NCBI GenBank assembly: GCA_043228905.1
Contig: JBHGNT010000012.1
Coordinates: 17,484,001 to 17,548,000, forward strand
From: Azolla caroliniana
Taxonomy: Eukaryota > Plantae > Polypodiophyta
Length of the DNA: 64,000 nucleotides
Direction of reading: 5' to 3'
Below are positions 1-11,850 of this stretch, one piece after another (position 1 is the first letter of the stretch; every line of letters starts with the position of its first letter). The position numbers and the translations under genes were made by a program. Below the pieces are notes generated by a model, which worked only from the letters and a program-made list of their open reading frames with translations, was not told where the DNA came from and did not search any database.

Positions 1-1965
1 ACTCGTCTTGATTGATTGATTCCCTGCCAGCCTCTTGATGTACCTTCTGATGAGCCCCCTTCTCCATTGGGGTTTTCTTGTACTGAAGCCTCCAAAGGAG
101 GCTGGCTATTTCTCCTATTTTGAGCCTCACTTTGAGTGTTTGCTTGTTCTGCATCCAACCTAACATTAGCTTGGCTCTGAAGGATAGTTTGAAGCCTAGA
201 GCGAAATCCTTCCCTGAAATAAACGCTAAGGAATTAGATTTACATGTTGATTGCAATCCAGAATATGTGGAATGTTTCTCATTACCTCAAGTTACTAACT
301 GCCCTCCGCTGTCTTAATTGGCCTAGCTCTCCTGCTGCCGAGGAAGGGATCTGTGCTGGTTCATTAACTGCTCCTGGGTGCAGGAATCTCCCTCTCAGGA
401 AAGACTGAATGCAATACAACCATATACTTCACTTTCTAATACAACAAAAAATCTATATAAATTTTTTTTTAAACCAGATTCTAAAGTCAAAACTAAGGAA
501 ACAATCTTCAAAGCTAAACCTGGAGTCGATTCCGATGGGCAAAATCTGATACCGCACGATGCTCCACCAGTAGTTCAAGCTCCCTTTGCCTCTCCCTCTC
601 CACTCTCATGAGCATATCGAGAATGACTTGCCGATTCAAGAATCTTCTTTCTCTTCTGCTTAAGCCTTGCACTGGATTTTCATCCTCACCTTCTCTAGCT
701 TGCCTGAATGCCATGATTGATTCTGGTCTGCTGGCTCCTCCAGGTCTCTGTCCACTAGTTACATTAACCCATGCTCTAGCAAGTTCGCGAACCCTCTCTC
801 TCTCATTCTCATCCAACCATGTTGTTGACCTGTTATTCTGTGTTTGCTCACTTGAAGGCACAGTCTGCATCTGATTATCTGCCATCAGATGTTGCACAAT
901 CTGTCTCACATGCTCTCCTTCACCATCTCTAGAATGATCAGACACTTGTTCTCGTTGATCGTTTACATTGACTCTTTCAGATTCACCTTCCTCCCACTCT
1001 ATATAAGGCAAGGTACGGGATGAATCTTCATTCTGCTCTGACTGAGAAGGTCTATCGTCAACTTCAACAGTTCTTTCTGAAATGTGAGCATTTGTCTCGT
1101 TCCCAATGCTTTCTAAATTTGGGGCTTCTATGTGCGTAGTTGTTCTTTGATAAGGACTATCCCTATTCCTCTGGATTATTCTTTCTTCTTCTAACTCCCT
1201 CCACATTTGCACTAAAGACAACGGTCTTCTATGTCTCTGTGCCTCTCGATCCAGAGATGCATCATCATCTCTTGCAAGAGACTCTCTCAGAAAAGAGGCA
1301 TCTAAAGTTGAAACTGAATGAAGGCCAGCAAGGGCAAGCAGCTCAGCTTCTCGATTCTGCCTTTCCATCGTTGTCATCATCATCTCCTGTGCATGTTGTG
1401 TGGCCCATATCGAAAGAATACCCGATCGTGGCTGTTCCTGAACATTAGTAAGCCCATCATTTGCATTATTTATTCCATTTTCCTCTTCTTGTTCTTGAAC
1501 TATCGTACTGCTTTCACCACCATAGTCACTCTGCTCATGGTTCAACATACTATGATATGGAGGGTCATTCATTTGAAATAAGGATCCAACATCTTCTTCC
1601 AAGTGAATGGCATCAACCTGTCCATCATTGGCATCATCACGCAAAGTGTCATAAGTAGAGGTAGAACATGGCAGTGAGGAGCTGCCACTGATACCTGGAT
1701 CATGACTACATGAAGCTATGGCCATACAAGTGTCAAGATGATCTCGTACGAGCTCTTCGAGCCCTTGTCGGAATCCTGCGTTCGCACTATGTGTCTCTAT
1801 TAGTTGTATCATTTCTTGTTTATTTTGTATTTGTTGTAGATGGACTAGATTAGCTAATCTCTCATCATCCATCTCTTCAGATGAAGGAATCGGTATTTCC
1901 ATTGTGCTTTCACATGAACTTTCTTCACGGTTATTCGTTTGGCTTGCCATCTTCCTGAAGTCCAT
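1..1965 (-). CDS. RING/U-box superfamily protein (plant family resembling Arabidopsis At5g04460), 5' part; gene continues beyond the left edge
   Basis: ORF 1965-514 carries family motifs DHLDTCM, SLVQMWRELE and ERERQREL..EHRAVSDFAHRNRLQ. GT-AG splicing continues it in frame: exon 1965-520, intron 519-405, exon 404-286 (SFLRGRFL...AAGELGQLRQRRAVSNLR), intron 285-214, exon 213-<1 (EGFRSRLQTIL). The RING domain itself is not in the window; family assignment is from recalled motifs. Confidence 0.8.
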
Positions 1966-2337
1966 TCAAAAGCACGGTGGTAACATGAGAAAAGGAAAAA
2001 AAAAATAAGGGTTTGCTAAGGAAGATAGATTGGGTTTTGTTTTGACAAAGGGTCCACGATTTTAGAATTGAATTTTCTTTCACAAATAAATTAGATTAGA
2101 TTAGGGTTTTATTCTGGGTGATTTCCGGTCAATGTTTCTTTCAGTTTACATCAGAAGCAGCCGGTGATTGACAGGAACAGAAAAAATAAACACAGAATCT
2201 CTCTCCATTAGAAAGCGATTTTCGAAGCCTAGCTATGATGGAGAATCAAGGGGGGAAATACATCATAATAAACAGAGACGGGCTAAAATATACGATTTTC
2301 CTCATACTTACACAGGCATAGCTCGACAGGAAGGAAG

Positions 2338-2473
2338 AGGAGGAGGAGGAGGAGGAGGAGGAGGAGGAGGAGAAACTCCACTTTGTCTGTGTGCCTCTGC
2401 GCTTTGAAGGTAAGTGCGTTTCCTCTCTCTGAGCTTTGAAGGTAAGCGCGTTTCCTGTCTCTCTTGGGCGTTT

Positions 2474-2521
<48 letters not shown>
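2338..2521. repeat. (GGA)n and (CT)n microsatellites in the probable 5' UTR/promoter of the RING gene
   Basis: Directly visible. A minus-strand GTAAGT donor near 2311 suggests a 5' UTR intron. Confidence 0.85.
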
Positions 2522-2525
<4 letters not shown>

Positions 2526-2555
2526 GCGTTTCTTTAGAAAATAAGTTATAGCTTC

Positions 2556-2582
2556 TGTATGTATGTATGTATAAGTATGAGC

Positions 2583-2613
<31 letters not shown>

Positions 2614-2624
2614 TGGATGGATGG

Positions 2625-2655
<31 letters not shown>

Positions 2656-2951
2656 TGTATGTATGTATGTATGTATGCATGCTTGTTATGTATGTATGTA
2701 TGTATGTATGTATGTATGTATGTATGTATGTATGGATGGATGGATGGATGCATGTTATGTATGTATGTATGTATGTATGTATGTATGTATGTATGTATGT
2801 ATGCTTGTTATGTATGTATGTATGTATGTATGTATGCATGTATGTATGTTATATATGTTTGTATGTATGCATGCTATGTATAAGTACCAATATGTATGTA
2901 TGTATGTATGTTATATATGTCTGTATGTATGCATGCTATGTATAAGTATCA

Positions 2952-2982
<31 letters not shown>

Positions 2983-2990
2983 TGTATGTA
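2556..2990. repeat. (TATG)n/(CATA)n compound microsatellite
   Basis: About 430 bp of TATG repeats with TGGA interruptions; source of the spurious MYVC/YIHT ORFs. Confidence 0.95.
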
Positions 2991-2994
2991 TCGA

Positions 2995-3620
2995 TAATGT
3001 GGCATGGCATGAGCGGAACCCCTCCCTGCCCCCCCAATCTAGAATTGTGATTCCATTCTAACACAACAACCCGAGTGAGAAAGACAAGAGATGTACATCT
3101 CCCTACTGACACTTATTATGGCATATGCATCAATTCTAAAGCTGAAGGACTTTACACCGAATCTATGGACCATGGATTTTACACTAAATCTGGAAGTGTT
3201 CATACAATACCATTGTTGTCATTAGAGTTTATAGGAACACGAAAGGAAGTCCAACCAGTATGGGAGATATTGAGTAGTACCACTATATATCACATTTGGA
3301 AGGTTAGGTGCTCTCTTATTTTCCATCAGCTTAAAACAACACTGGCTGAATTGCTTTCAAATATTTGGTTAGACATAATTCATACTTTGAAGGGACAATG
3401 GGATGGTATTGTTGGAGATTCCAATGCTAAAATTGCTCAACGACATGACTTTATCACTATATGGAAAGCTACTCCATTCATGACAGCCAGTTGTGGTACT
3501 CCTTATTGGCATTTTCAACCTCTGAAATGGTTGTTCTCCCCCCCCCCCCAAATCACATAGAATTTAAATCTTGTAAAAATGGTTACACTAATGACAGGAT
3601 ATCTTCTTTAAAAAGTCAAC
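2995..3620 (+). mobile_element. 5'-truncated L1-like LINE, 3' end of ORF2
   Basis: ORF 3075-3560 has the W..L...IYHIWKVRCSLIF motif typical of the plant L1 ORF2 C-terminus. Stop at 3560, then a short 3' UTR and an A-tract. Confidence 0.65.
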
Positions 3621-4625
3621 GACATGACTTTAAAAAGTCAACGACATGACTTTATCACTATATGGAAAGCTACTCCATTCATGACAGCCAGTTGTGGTAC
3701 TCCTTATTGGCATTTTCAACCTCTGAAATGGTTGTTCTCCCCCCCCCCCCCCCAAATCACATAGAATTTAAATCTTGTAAAAATGGTTACACTAATGACA
3801 GGATATCTTCTTTAAAAAGTCAACGACATGACTTTAAAAAGTCAACGACATGACTTTATCACTATATGGAAAGCTACTCCATTCATGACAGCCAGTTGTG
3901 GTACTCCTTATTGGCATTTTCAACCTCTGAAATGGTTGTTCTCCCCCCCCCCCCCCCCCAAATCACATAGAATTTAAATCTTGTAAAAATGGTTACACTA
4001 ATGACAGGATAAAAATGACTTTAAAAAGTCAACGACATGACTTTATCACTATATGGAAAGCTACTCCATTCATGACAGCCAGTTGTGGTACTCCTTATTG
4101 GCATTTTCAACCTCTGAAATGGTTGTTCTCCCCCCCCCCCCCCCCAAATCACATAGAATTTAAATCTTGTAAAAATGGTTACACTAATGACAGGATATCT
4201 TCTTTAAAAAGTCAACGGCATGACTTTAAAAAGTCAACGACATGACTTTAAAAAGTCAACGACATGACTTTATCACTATATGGAAAGCTACTCCATTCAT
4301 GACAGCCAGTTGTGGTACTCCTTATTGGCATTTTCAACCTCTGAAATGGTTGTTCTCCCCCCCCCCCCCCCCAAATCACATAGAATTTAAATCTTGTAAA
4401 AATGGTTACACTAATGACAGGATATCTTCTTTAAAAAGTCAACGCCATGACTTTATCACTATATGGAAAGCTACTCCATTCATGACAGCCAGTTGTGGTA
4501 CTCCTTATTGGCATTTTCAACCTCTGAAATGGTTGTTCTCCCCCCCCCCCCAAATCACATAGAATTTAAATCTTGTAAAAATGGTTACACTAATGACAGG
4601 ATATCTTCTTTAAAAAAAATAAAAA
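3438..4625 (+). repeat. Six tandem copies (~180-230 bp) of the LINE 3' end
   Basis: GGAAAGCTACTCCATTC recurs at about 3463, 3664, 3868, 4054, 4282 and 4464. Junctions carry variable copies of TTAAAAAGTCAACGACATGACT; the last copy ends in an A-rich tail. Confidence 0.92.
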
Positions 4626-7600
4626 TTCTAAAGTTGAAGGACTTGCATGAATCAGAAGCATGTATGAACCTTGTTTTGTATTTGTGGTGTTTGGCTGGGA
4701 TGTGCATCCACCGATTTCGTATGTGTTCTCATTCACAATCTGGATGGAAATTAAAGCATTGAATATGCTCTCGCATGACCTATGATTCGATCAATGACAA
4801 GAATATGATTGGAAAAACACAAGACAACCTCATGTCAGATCCATCCATGGCTTTTGACGATGAAGAATCATATGAATTGCACTTGGCGAAAACTTGTATT
4901 TCCTCCTCCACATAGTAGTGTGATATATGGGGATGAAAACCCCCCTATCATACATGCATTCTTCACATTTCAAAGGAAAAGTAACGCATCAAATTTCAAG
5001 TGTGGCCTTTGGAAGAATCTCTAAGTATGCGCATTCCTTCACAGTATGACTTTAAGAAAAAAAGCATCAAATAAGCCCTTAACGCAAAGACTTCCTCTTT
5101 ATTTTTAAAAGAGGAAAATCTCTCATCCTTGAGCTTATCTCTACAATGGGTAGCACCAACAACATTTTCTTTTAAAGTTTTCTCTTTGTCCCAACTTTTT
5201 AGTAATCGAACTTTTCATGAGCATTGTGTGAATTCTAGAGAAGGTTTGCAAAAATTCCATGGGGCAAAAGGTGCCATTTTGAGAAACTAAGGTGATGTGG
5301 TTAAGAGCTTAGAATTTTCCTTCTATCTCTTATATTGATGTGATTCACTTCAATACATATTGTATTGTTACTCTCTTGTGTTCGATTTTTTAATTTTCAT
5401 AGCAAACCTTCATCTGAATTAGTTGAAACTTGAAATGATTCATTCACCTCATGGTAGAAATTATGGTAGCACTTCTTAACCAATAACTTTTGACATGTAT
5501 CACCAATACTCAAATGCTAGAAACTCCCAAGATATTAGGTTTGGCAAAATGTTCCAAGCTAGATTTTCCCAATTATTTCTAGATCGTGTCAACTGTTCAA
5601 TTAGCGATGCATACATTGTGCCTACCTTTCCATGTGAATCCCCTACCTAAATAAATATTGACAAGAACTATAAATATCATGTGACTTTTTGAAAAAGAGA
5701 TTTATTCAAATTGGAGGGTGGGAGATTACTACTAGAAACCGTTTTCTTTATCGGCTTGCTTTAAGATTCTATATATTTACTTTTTAGGTCATAAATGATA
5801 GGCACTAATAAACAATTAGTGGTAAAACTAGGAAAACCACCAAACAAAAGTGGAAAAAGTTTAAAGAAGAACAACTAGGAAATTGTTAGGAGTAAGGTAC
5901 ACTTGTGACGAAGGTAAGGGAGAAAATTCTAGTCCCTCCAAAAAATCAGTGCAATTAGTAGGAATTGCATGTGCATGTTTTGGGACAACTAATGGAAAGC
6001 TCACAACGAGTAATCCATTACTCCACAAGCATGTATTTTAAAGTTCAACTTAAAATGCGGCATGTTTGTTGGTCATTAGTTCGCTATGGATAATCAAGTG
6101 ATTTCAAGGTGAAACTTGACTAACAATATTGCTCATAATCTAAATGTTGAAAGTGGGATGCAAATGATGGTTCTTGTATGGGCTTGAATAAGGATGATCT
6201 TATTATTACAAATTGAATAGGATGGCAAAACTTGGGTTGGTCTCAATGTTTTTATGCACTTTTGCTATAATGGAATTTTGATCAATGATTTGAAAGTTTC
6301 ATGTATCAAGTAAAAAAAACTTGGATACATTGAGTGCTTGAAAACCCATTCCTCATTGAGACTTGAATAACATGTGACAATATAGGAAATTAACTTCTAT
6401 AAATCAATGATATCATTTACTCATCAATGCTCGATCATATTGTTAAAGCATAAGGGCAACTCTGTCTAGGGTCTCCACAAATGCGAAGGTTGGCGGAGAT
6501 CCACAACATGTATGGGTTGGCTTCGTATAAACAACTTCAAATGCAATACATTTGTTTGGCATATGTTCTTGGGTTTGTTTCCATTGTTGTGGAGTTACAC
6601 GCGCGTGTGTGAAATGTGAGCAGGATGACCACCAAAGACTTAAACTAGGGAAGGTGGGTTTGGCTTGACTAGGTGATTGTCATTGTCAATTGTAGTCATT
6701 TCCTGCGAAAGGGCTCTTCATGGAATTTAAATTCCACAAAGACTTCAATACACAATTGTAGATCGCACCAATGAAAACTTTGGGTCTTTGTGGACCACAA
6801 ATCTCTTCGTCACAAGCGTTGTTTGGATGACAGGATGCCCGAGTTCCGGTTTAGTGTGTTAGGTTAAACTCTTGACCCTCGTAAAATTCTCATTTTGACG
6901 TAGGAACTGCTCAAATGCTCAAATTTTTTAGTCAAAAATTTTGTTTCTAATGTCTCCGATCATAATGTTCTTGATGAGATGATGGATTGTTGAAATTTTG
7001 AACCAAAATTTCACCTTTTACAAAATTACCAATTCTTCACGTAGATTTCTACCTCGATATCAAAATCTTGAACTGAAAATTTAGCAATGATCTTTGTTCA
7101 ATTGCGATTTGCACAATTACAATGAAGATCTTTCAAATTACACATGATTTAAAATAATAAAATTTATGAATTCTTAAGGTAAACTCTAAAATAATATCCT
7201 ATGATACAATTTAGGATAAAATCCTCAAACTCGTTAAATGGGTGGTTCGAGTAGGAAACATGCGAATCATACGAAATGAAAGGAAAGGTGATGGTAGAGT
7301 GCTCAGAGGAAATTCTTGAGTTTTGGTGTAGGTATCCCACAATCAATGACCACATCACCTATTGTCATTATAGGTCTTAATTCACTATCCCACAAAACAA
7401 TATGTTCACTAACATAGTCTAAGCGTCTCTCTCAAAATGTTGATCCTTGGCAATAAGCTCTCAATTCTACTCTTATAGGTTTTAAGAGCCCATCCAACAA
7501 AATCGTAAGTTTCTTTTTGTAGCAGTCAAGACTTGATTGATGTAAAATTTATATGTCCTTTTTCATTTTTATCACATACCTCAAACCATACACCTAATTG

Positions 7601-8605
7601 TAAATCATTGTTCTCCTTTTGTCACCCTTAACAAGATTCCAAGAGTTAGCTCTCATTAATTGAGCTATATCATTTTGCTGGTTTGATCCACATCTAGGTC
7701 TAACTCACCTTGGCTACTTCTTTGAACATAACCATCACTTATTATAGACTCAGTTTCTAGACGCTTTCCTCCTTTGTCATGCCATGGCACAACATCAATT
7801 GTTGTGGCGCCCTCACAAAATGTGAATTTCAAATGGCTTAGCTTCTCTAACACTAAAACAAAAGAGACCTATTACCATAGGTTTTTCTGCAGGTTTGGGT
7901 TTCTAGAAAATCCAAACTACTAGGCTCTAAGTAACCATATGGAATGGTTATCTTCCACTTTTTAGGCTGTTGGCAAATTTGGACTATCCAGAATGTGCTC
8001 CTCTTTGGTTTGTTTATGGTGTCAGTAATCATATGGGTAATTGAGAGGCCTCCTTGAATGGCAAATTTTTAACACCTATAGCCTATGTGTCTGTTAATAC
8101 CAAGGATGATTTGGCTCCTTATCTTGCAATTGTCTCTTTGGTTTCTTTACATAGAAATTCTTAAAATTACTATGTAAAGAAACCAAAGAAAAACGACCTC
8201 CTTTGTGGTGCTAGAGATCATGTTATCTATCTTGGCTCATTCTGATACAACCAATATCCCAACAATGCATTTGAAAACAAAACACTGCTTTGCGAGTGTT
8301 GAATTCAGACGTAAATCCTTTATAGGTTATTACAATGCTTCAAAAATGATATATAATATTGAGGGATGATGGTGATACTCTTGTCAGTTTTTAGCAAGTG
8401 TGCTTGATGCATCAAAACAATAGTTTCTCGTAGATGTGTATTTTCTCATATTTGTTCAAAGTTATGTTCCAAACTGATTCGTTATAAGAATCATTCATGC
8501 CTCCTAGGTCATGCATATCTAATGCCCATAGCATGTGTGAAGAATCCCTGCCATTGCAAAATTTTCATATTCAGGCACTTACTGGCACACAATGAATCAG
8601 CAAAA

Positions 8606-11482
8606 TCAGATTTTCAATGTTCTTTTGAGCTCCTTTGCTTCCTCCCACATCTCAGCCTCTGCATAGATGTTGAACATGACAATGAATGCAGCAGCATTTT
8701 TTTCATCCAGCCCCGCCATCAGTTCAAAGGAAATTCTGCCCAAATCAATGTTACTCCAATTCTGACAAGCCCCTAACATCGTACTCAACGTCACAAGGTT
8801 TGGTTGAAATGGCATTGTCTCTAACATTGCAATGGCTTCAGTAAGTTGCCCAGAACGAGCAAATAGGTCGATCACACAGTTGTAATGCTCTAGTGTTGGA
8901 GAGAGACCATATTTTTTCATAGCTTTAAAGCACCTCTCTCCGATGCTGACAAGACCTCCATGACTGCAGACAGAAAGAACATTAAGGAACATCACGGAAT
9001 CTGGACCTATGCTTTGATTTGTGACCTCATCAAAGAGATGAAACACTTCCTCACACGCTCCACATCGTGCATGACCTGTCATTAATGCATTCCATGACAT
9101 TGCAGTTGAGCACAGCATTTCATCAAACACCTTATGAGCATCTGCCATGATCCCACATTTTCCATACATGTCAATGATTGTATTTGTAAGTACTCTCACA
9201 TCTTCATCTATGCATGTTGGAGAGCCATTTATGTCATATGGAAACCCCTCTTTGGTAATCTGAATATATAGTTCCTGGCCTTTGCTCAAAGCTGAAATGT
9301 TGCTGCAAGCTTTAAATGCACATGCATAAGTGATTGCATTAGGTAATATGCCATCGAAAAGCATATTTTCTAAGCATTCTAAAGCTTCAATGATGAGCCC
9401 ATATTCAGCATAACCTGAGATGAGGGCTGTCCATGTAACAACATTTCTATGTGGCAATAAATCAAATATCTTCTGCGCCTCAACAAGTAGCCCACATGTA
9501 GCATACATATCCACTAATGAACTCCCGATGAAAGAATGGCCATCCAAACCTCTCATAACAATCTCAACATGTAGTTTCTGGGCCCTTTCATTGAATTTAG
9601 CATTGCTACATATCTGCAAGCTACAAACATAGGTGGTAGCATCCAATGAAACGTCCTCGTGTTCCATGTCCTCCATGCATTTCAACACTTCTTCGTTGAG
9701 CCCATGGTCAAACAAGCCTGTGATAATAGTGTTCCATGATACCGTGGTATGTGCTGGCAGTAGATTAAATACACACCGTGCCTCGACTAATGAACCGCAT
9801 TTAACATACATATCTACCAGACTGTTGCCCACAGGAAGGGCTAGGTCAAGTCCTCTTTTAGTAATAAGGGAATGCATTTCTTGTCCTCTGGTGGAGTCCT
9901 TGATGCTGCTGCAAGCCTTCAAGCTAGCAACAAATGTGGTTGGATCTGGAAGAGTTTTATCAAGCTGCATGTGCAGAAAGCATTTGGCTGATTCCATGCC
10001 AAGTCCATTTTCAGCATATCCAGTGATGAGAGTGTTCCACGAAACCAAATTTCGAGATTGCATAGAGTCAAAGATGGTCTTTGCTTCTGCAAGCGACCCA
10101 TTTTTGGCATATAGATCCATCAATGAGTTGTCAAGAAAAATATTTCCGTCCAGCCCCTTTTTCAGAATAGTGCCATATATGTCTTGAACGGAACACAGAG
10201 CTTCTGAATTCCCAAAGGCTTTCAAAATAATAACATATGTGCCAGCATCCAAAACCAAACCCTCAAGCTGCATTTGGTTTAAGCAACCAAGAACATCCTT
10301 ATCGAGTCCATACTCAACATAACCTGCTATAATTGCAGTCCAGGACACAATACATCGTGCTGACAGCTTATCAAACACGTAATTGGCATCAAAGATCGAT
10401 CCGCATTTCACATATGCATCAATTAAGCTATTGTTAATAGACTGAACCATATGAAAACCTGCTTTTACAATATCATCGTGTATTTCTCGGGCCTTATCTA
10501 AAGATCCAGTGATGCTACAAGCTCTCAATGAGCAAATGAAAGTCACAGAGTTAGGAAACAGCCCTTCAAGCTGCATCCTTTCCAGACATTTGAGGGCCTC
10601 TTCACCGTACCCATATTCAACATAACCAGAAATAAGCGAATTCCACGATACATTGCCTCTGGCTGATAGTAGTCCGATGACTGCAGTAGCATCTTCAAAA
10701 ATGCCACATTTAGCATATGCATCAACTAGAATAGCCACAAGACAAGGATCTGAATCAAGCCCCCTTTCAATGATCTCATTATGGATTTCTTGGCCTCTTC
10801 TGATAGCTTTTAGGCTTATGCATGCCTTCAAGGTGCAAATATAGGTCACAACATTCGGCAAAGAACCTTGAGATTGCATGTGTGAGAAACATTCCAATGC
10901 CTCTGTGCCTGGTCCATATTCCGTGTAACCTGTAATAAGAGCATTCCAGGAGACCACACCTCGACATGGCATCAGATCAAACGCTTTCTTTGCCTCGACA
11001 AGAGACCCACATTTGGCATACATGTCCACAACAGTGCTTCCGACAAAAGCATCACTTTCAAGCCCTTGTTTCACAATCCGCAAGTGTATAGACCTCCCAT
11101 CATCCATGAACTTCAGCTGGGCACATGCTTTTGTGGCTGCAACAAAGGTGAAATTGCTAGGGCACACATTGCTGTCTTCCTGCATGTTGTAGAAGCAAGA
11201 GAGGGCGTTTTCGAGCTCTCCGATTTCGACATGGCCTCGAATGAGAGAGGTCCAGGCGATCTCGTTGCGGAGAGGCAGGCTGTGGAAGAGATGCAGAGCA
11301 TCTGCCATGCTTCCACAGTCCACATAAGCTGGGACGGCGTAATTCCCAAGCACGGGGCTGTTGGAGAGGCCCAGGGAAGTGAAGCGAGCGTGCAGGTGTT
11401 TGAGGAGGGGGAGGTTCTTGGCATGCCTGCAGTGGAGCAGAGAGGAGGCAATCTGGCGCTCCAAAGGGGTGCCATGGTCCAT
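8606..11482 (-). CDS. PLS-class pentatricopeptide repeat protein with E domain (PCMP-E type), putative organellar RNA-editing specificity factor
   Basis: Intronless 958-aa ORF with repeating P-L-S triplets (VSWNALITGY, TFVASLKAC, GNSLVDMYVKCGSL). Ends in an E region (HYNCVIDLFARSG..MPFQPN..MLGAC..NIYAEAEMWEEA); no PG box or DYW domain. Confidence 0.95.
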   Translation of the reverse strand: MDHGTPLERQIASSLLHCRHAKNLPLLKHLHARFTSLGLSNSPVLGNYAVPAYVDCGSMADALHLFHSLPLRNEIAWTSLIRGHVEIGELENALSCFYNMQEDSNVCPSNFTFVAATKACAQLKFMDDGRSIHLRIVKQGLESDAFVGSTVVDMYAKCGSLVEAKKAFDLMPCRGVVSWNALITGYTEYGPGTEALECFSHMQSQGSLPNVVTYICTLKACISLKAIRRGQEIHNEIIERGLDSDPCLVAILVDAYAKCGIFEDATAVIGLLSARGNVSWNSLISGYVEYGYGEEALKCLERMQLEGLFPNSVTFICSLRACSITGSLDKAREIHDDIVKAGFHMVQSINNSLIDAYVKCGSIFDANYVFDKLSARCIVSWTAIIAGYVEYGLDKDVLGCLNQMQLEGLVLDAGTYVIILKAFGNSEALCSVQDIYGTILKKGLDGNIFLDNSLMDLYAKNGSLAEAKTIFDSMQSRNLVSWNTLITGYAENGLGMESAKCFLHMQLDKTLPDPTTFVASLKACSSIKDSTRGQEMHSLITKRGLDLALPVGNSLVDMYVKCGSLVEARCVFNLLPAHTTVSWNTIITGLFDHGLNEEVLKCMEDMEHEDVSLDATTYVCSLQICSNAKFNERAQKLHVEIVMRGLDGHSFIGSSLVDMYATCGLLVEAQKIFDLLPHRNVVTWTALISGYAEYGLIIEALECLENMLFDGILPNAITYACAFKACSNISALSKGQELYIQITKEGFPYDINGSPTCIDEDVRVLTNTIIDMYGKCGIMADAHKVFDEMLCSTAMSWNALMTGHARCGACEEVFHLFDEVTNQSIGPDSVMFLNVLSVCSHGGLVSIGERCFKAMKKYGLSPTLEHYNCVIDLFARSGQLTEAIAMLETMPFQPNLVTLSTMLGACQNWSNIDLGRISFELMAGLDEKNAAAFIVMFNIYAEAEMWEEAKELKRTLKI

Positions 11483-11579
11483 CGATCTGCATGATGATGG
11501 CTATGGCGATGGCGATGGCGATGGATCCTTCCTGCAGAGTTTTTCTTTTATTTTACCTCTGAATCAAAATCTCAGAGAA

Positions 11580-11850
11580 ACCCAAAAAAACCCTAATTCT
11601 TGTTGCATGTAAACCCTAATCCATACCCAATACATAGTGGAAATAGTGATTATGGTCGATTAACCCTAATTCTTGTTACATATTAACCCTAATTACAAAA
11701 AATATAAAAACCCTCATTGACTCAATAGTAAATACATTGTGAAAATAGGGATTAGGGTTTATTCATTTGTTACAAACTTACATGTAAGCCCTAATGACAG
11801 GAAAAAAAACCCCTAATTGACCCAATGCATAGTGAAAATAGTGATTAGGA
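11580..11850. promoter_or_regulatory. Cluster of AAACCCTAA (telo-box-like) motifs upstream of the PPR gene
   Basis: About 7 (A)ACCCTAAT/ATTAGGGTT motifs in a degenerate repeat, 100-370 bp upstream of the ATG. Confidence 0.4.

Noticed and set aside
2283-3061. ORFs of MYVC/YIHT repeats
   Set aside because: Translations of the (TATG)n microsatellite, not genes.
4650-8500. Possible genes between the LINE array and the PPR gene
   Set aside because: Only short ORFs and faint retroelement-like words; no consistent exon chain could be built.
9420-11612. Plus-strand ORFs overlapping the PPR gene
   Set aside because: Antisense shadows of a long coding sequence.
11580-11850. Interstitial telomere
   Set aside because: CCCTAA motifs are dispersed, not tandem TTTAGGG arrays.
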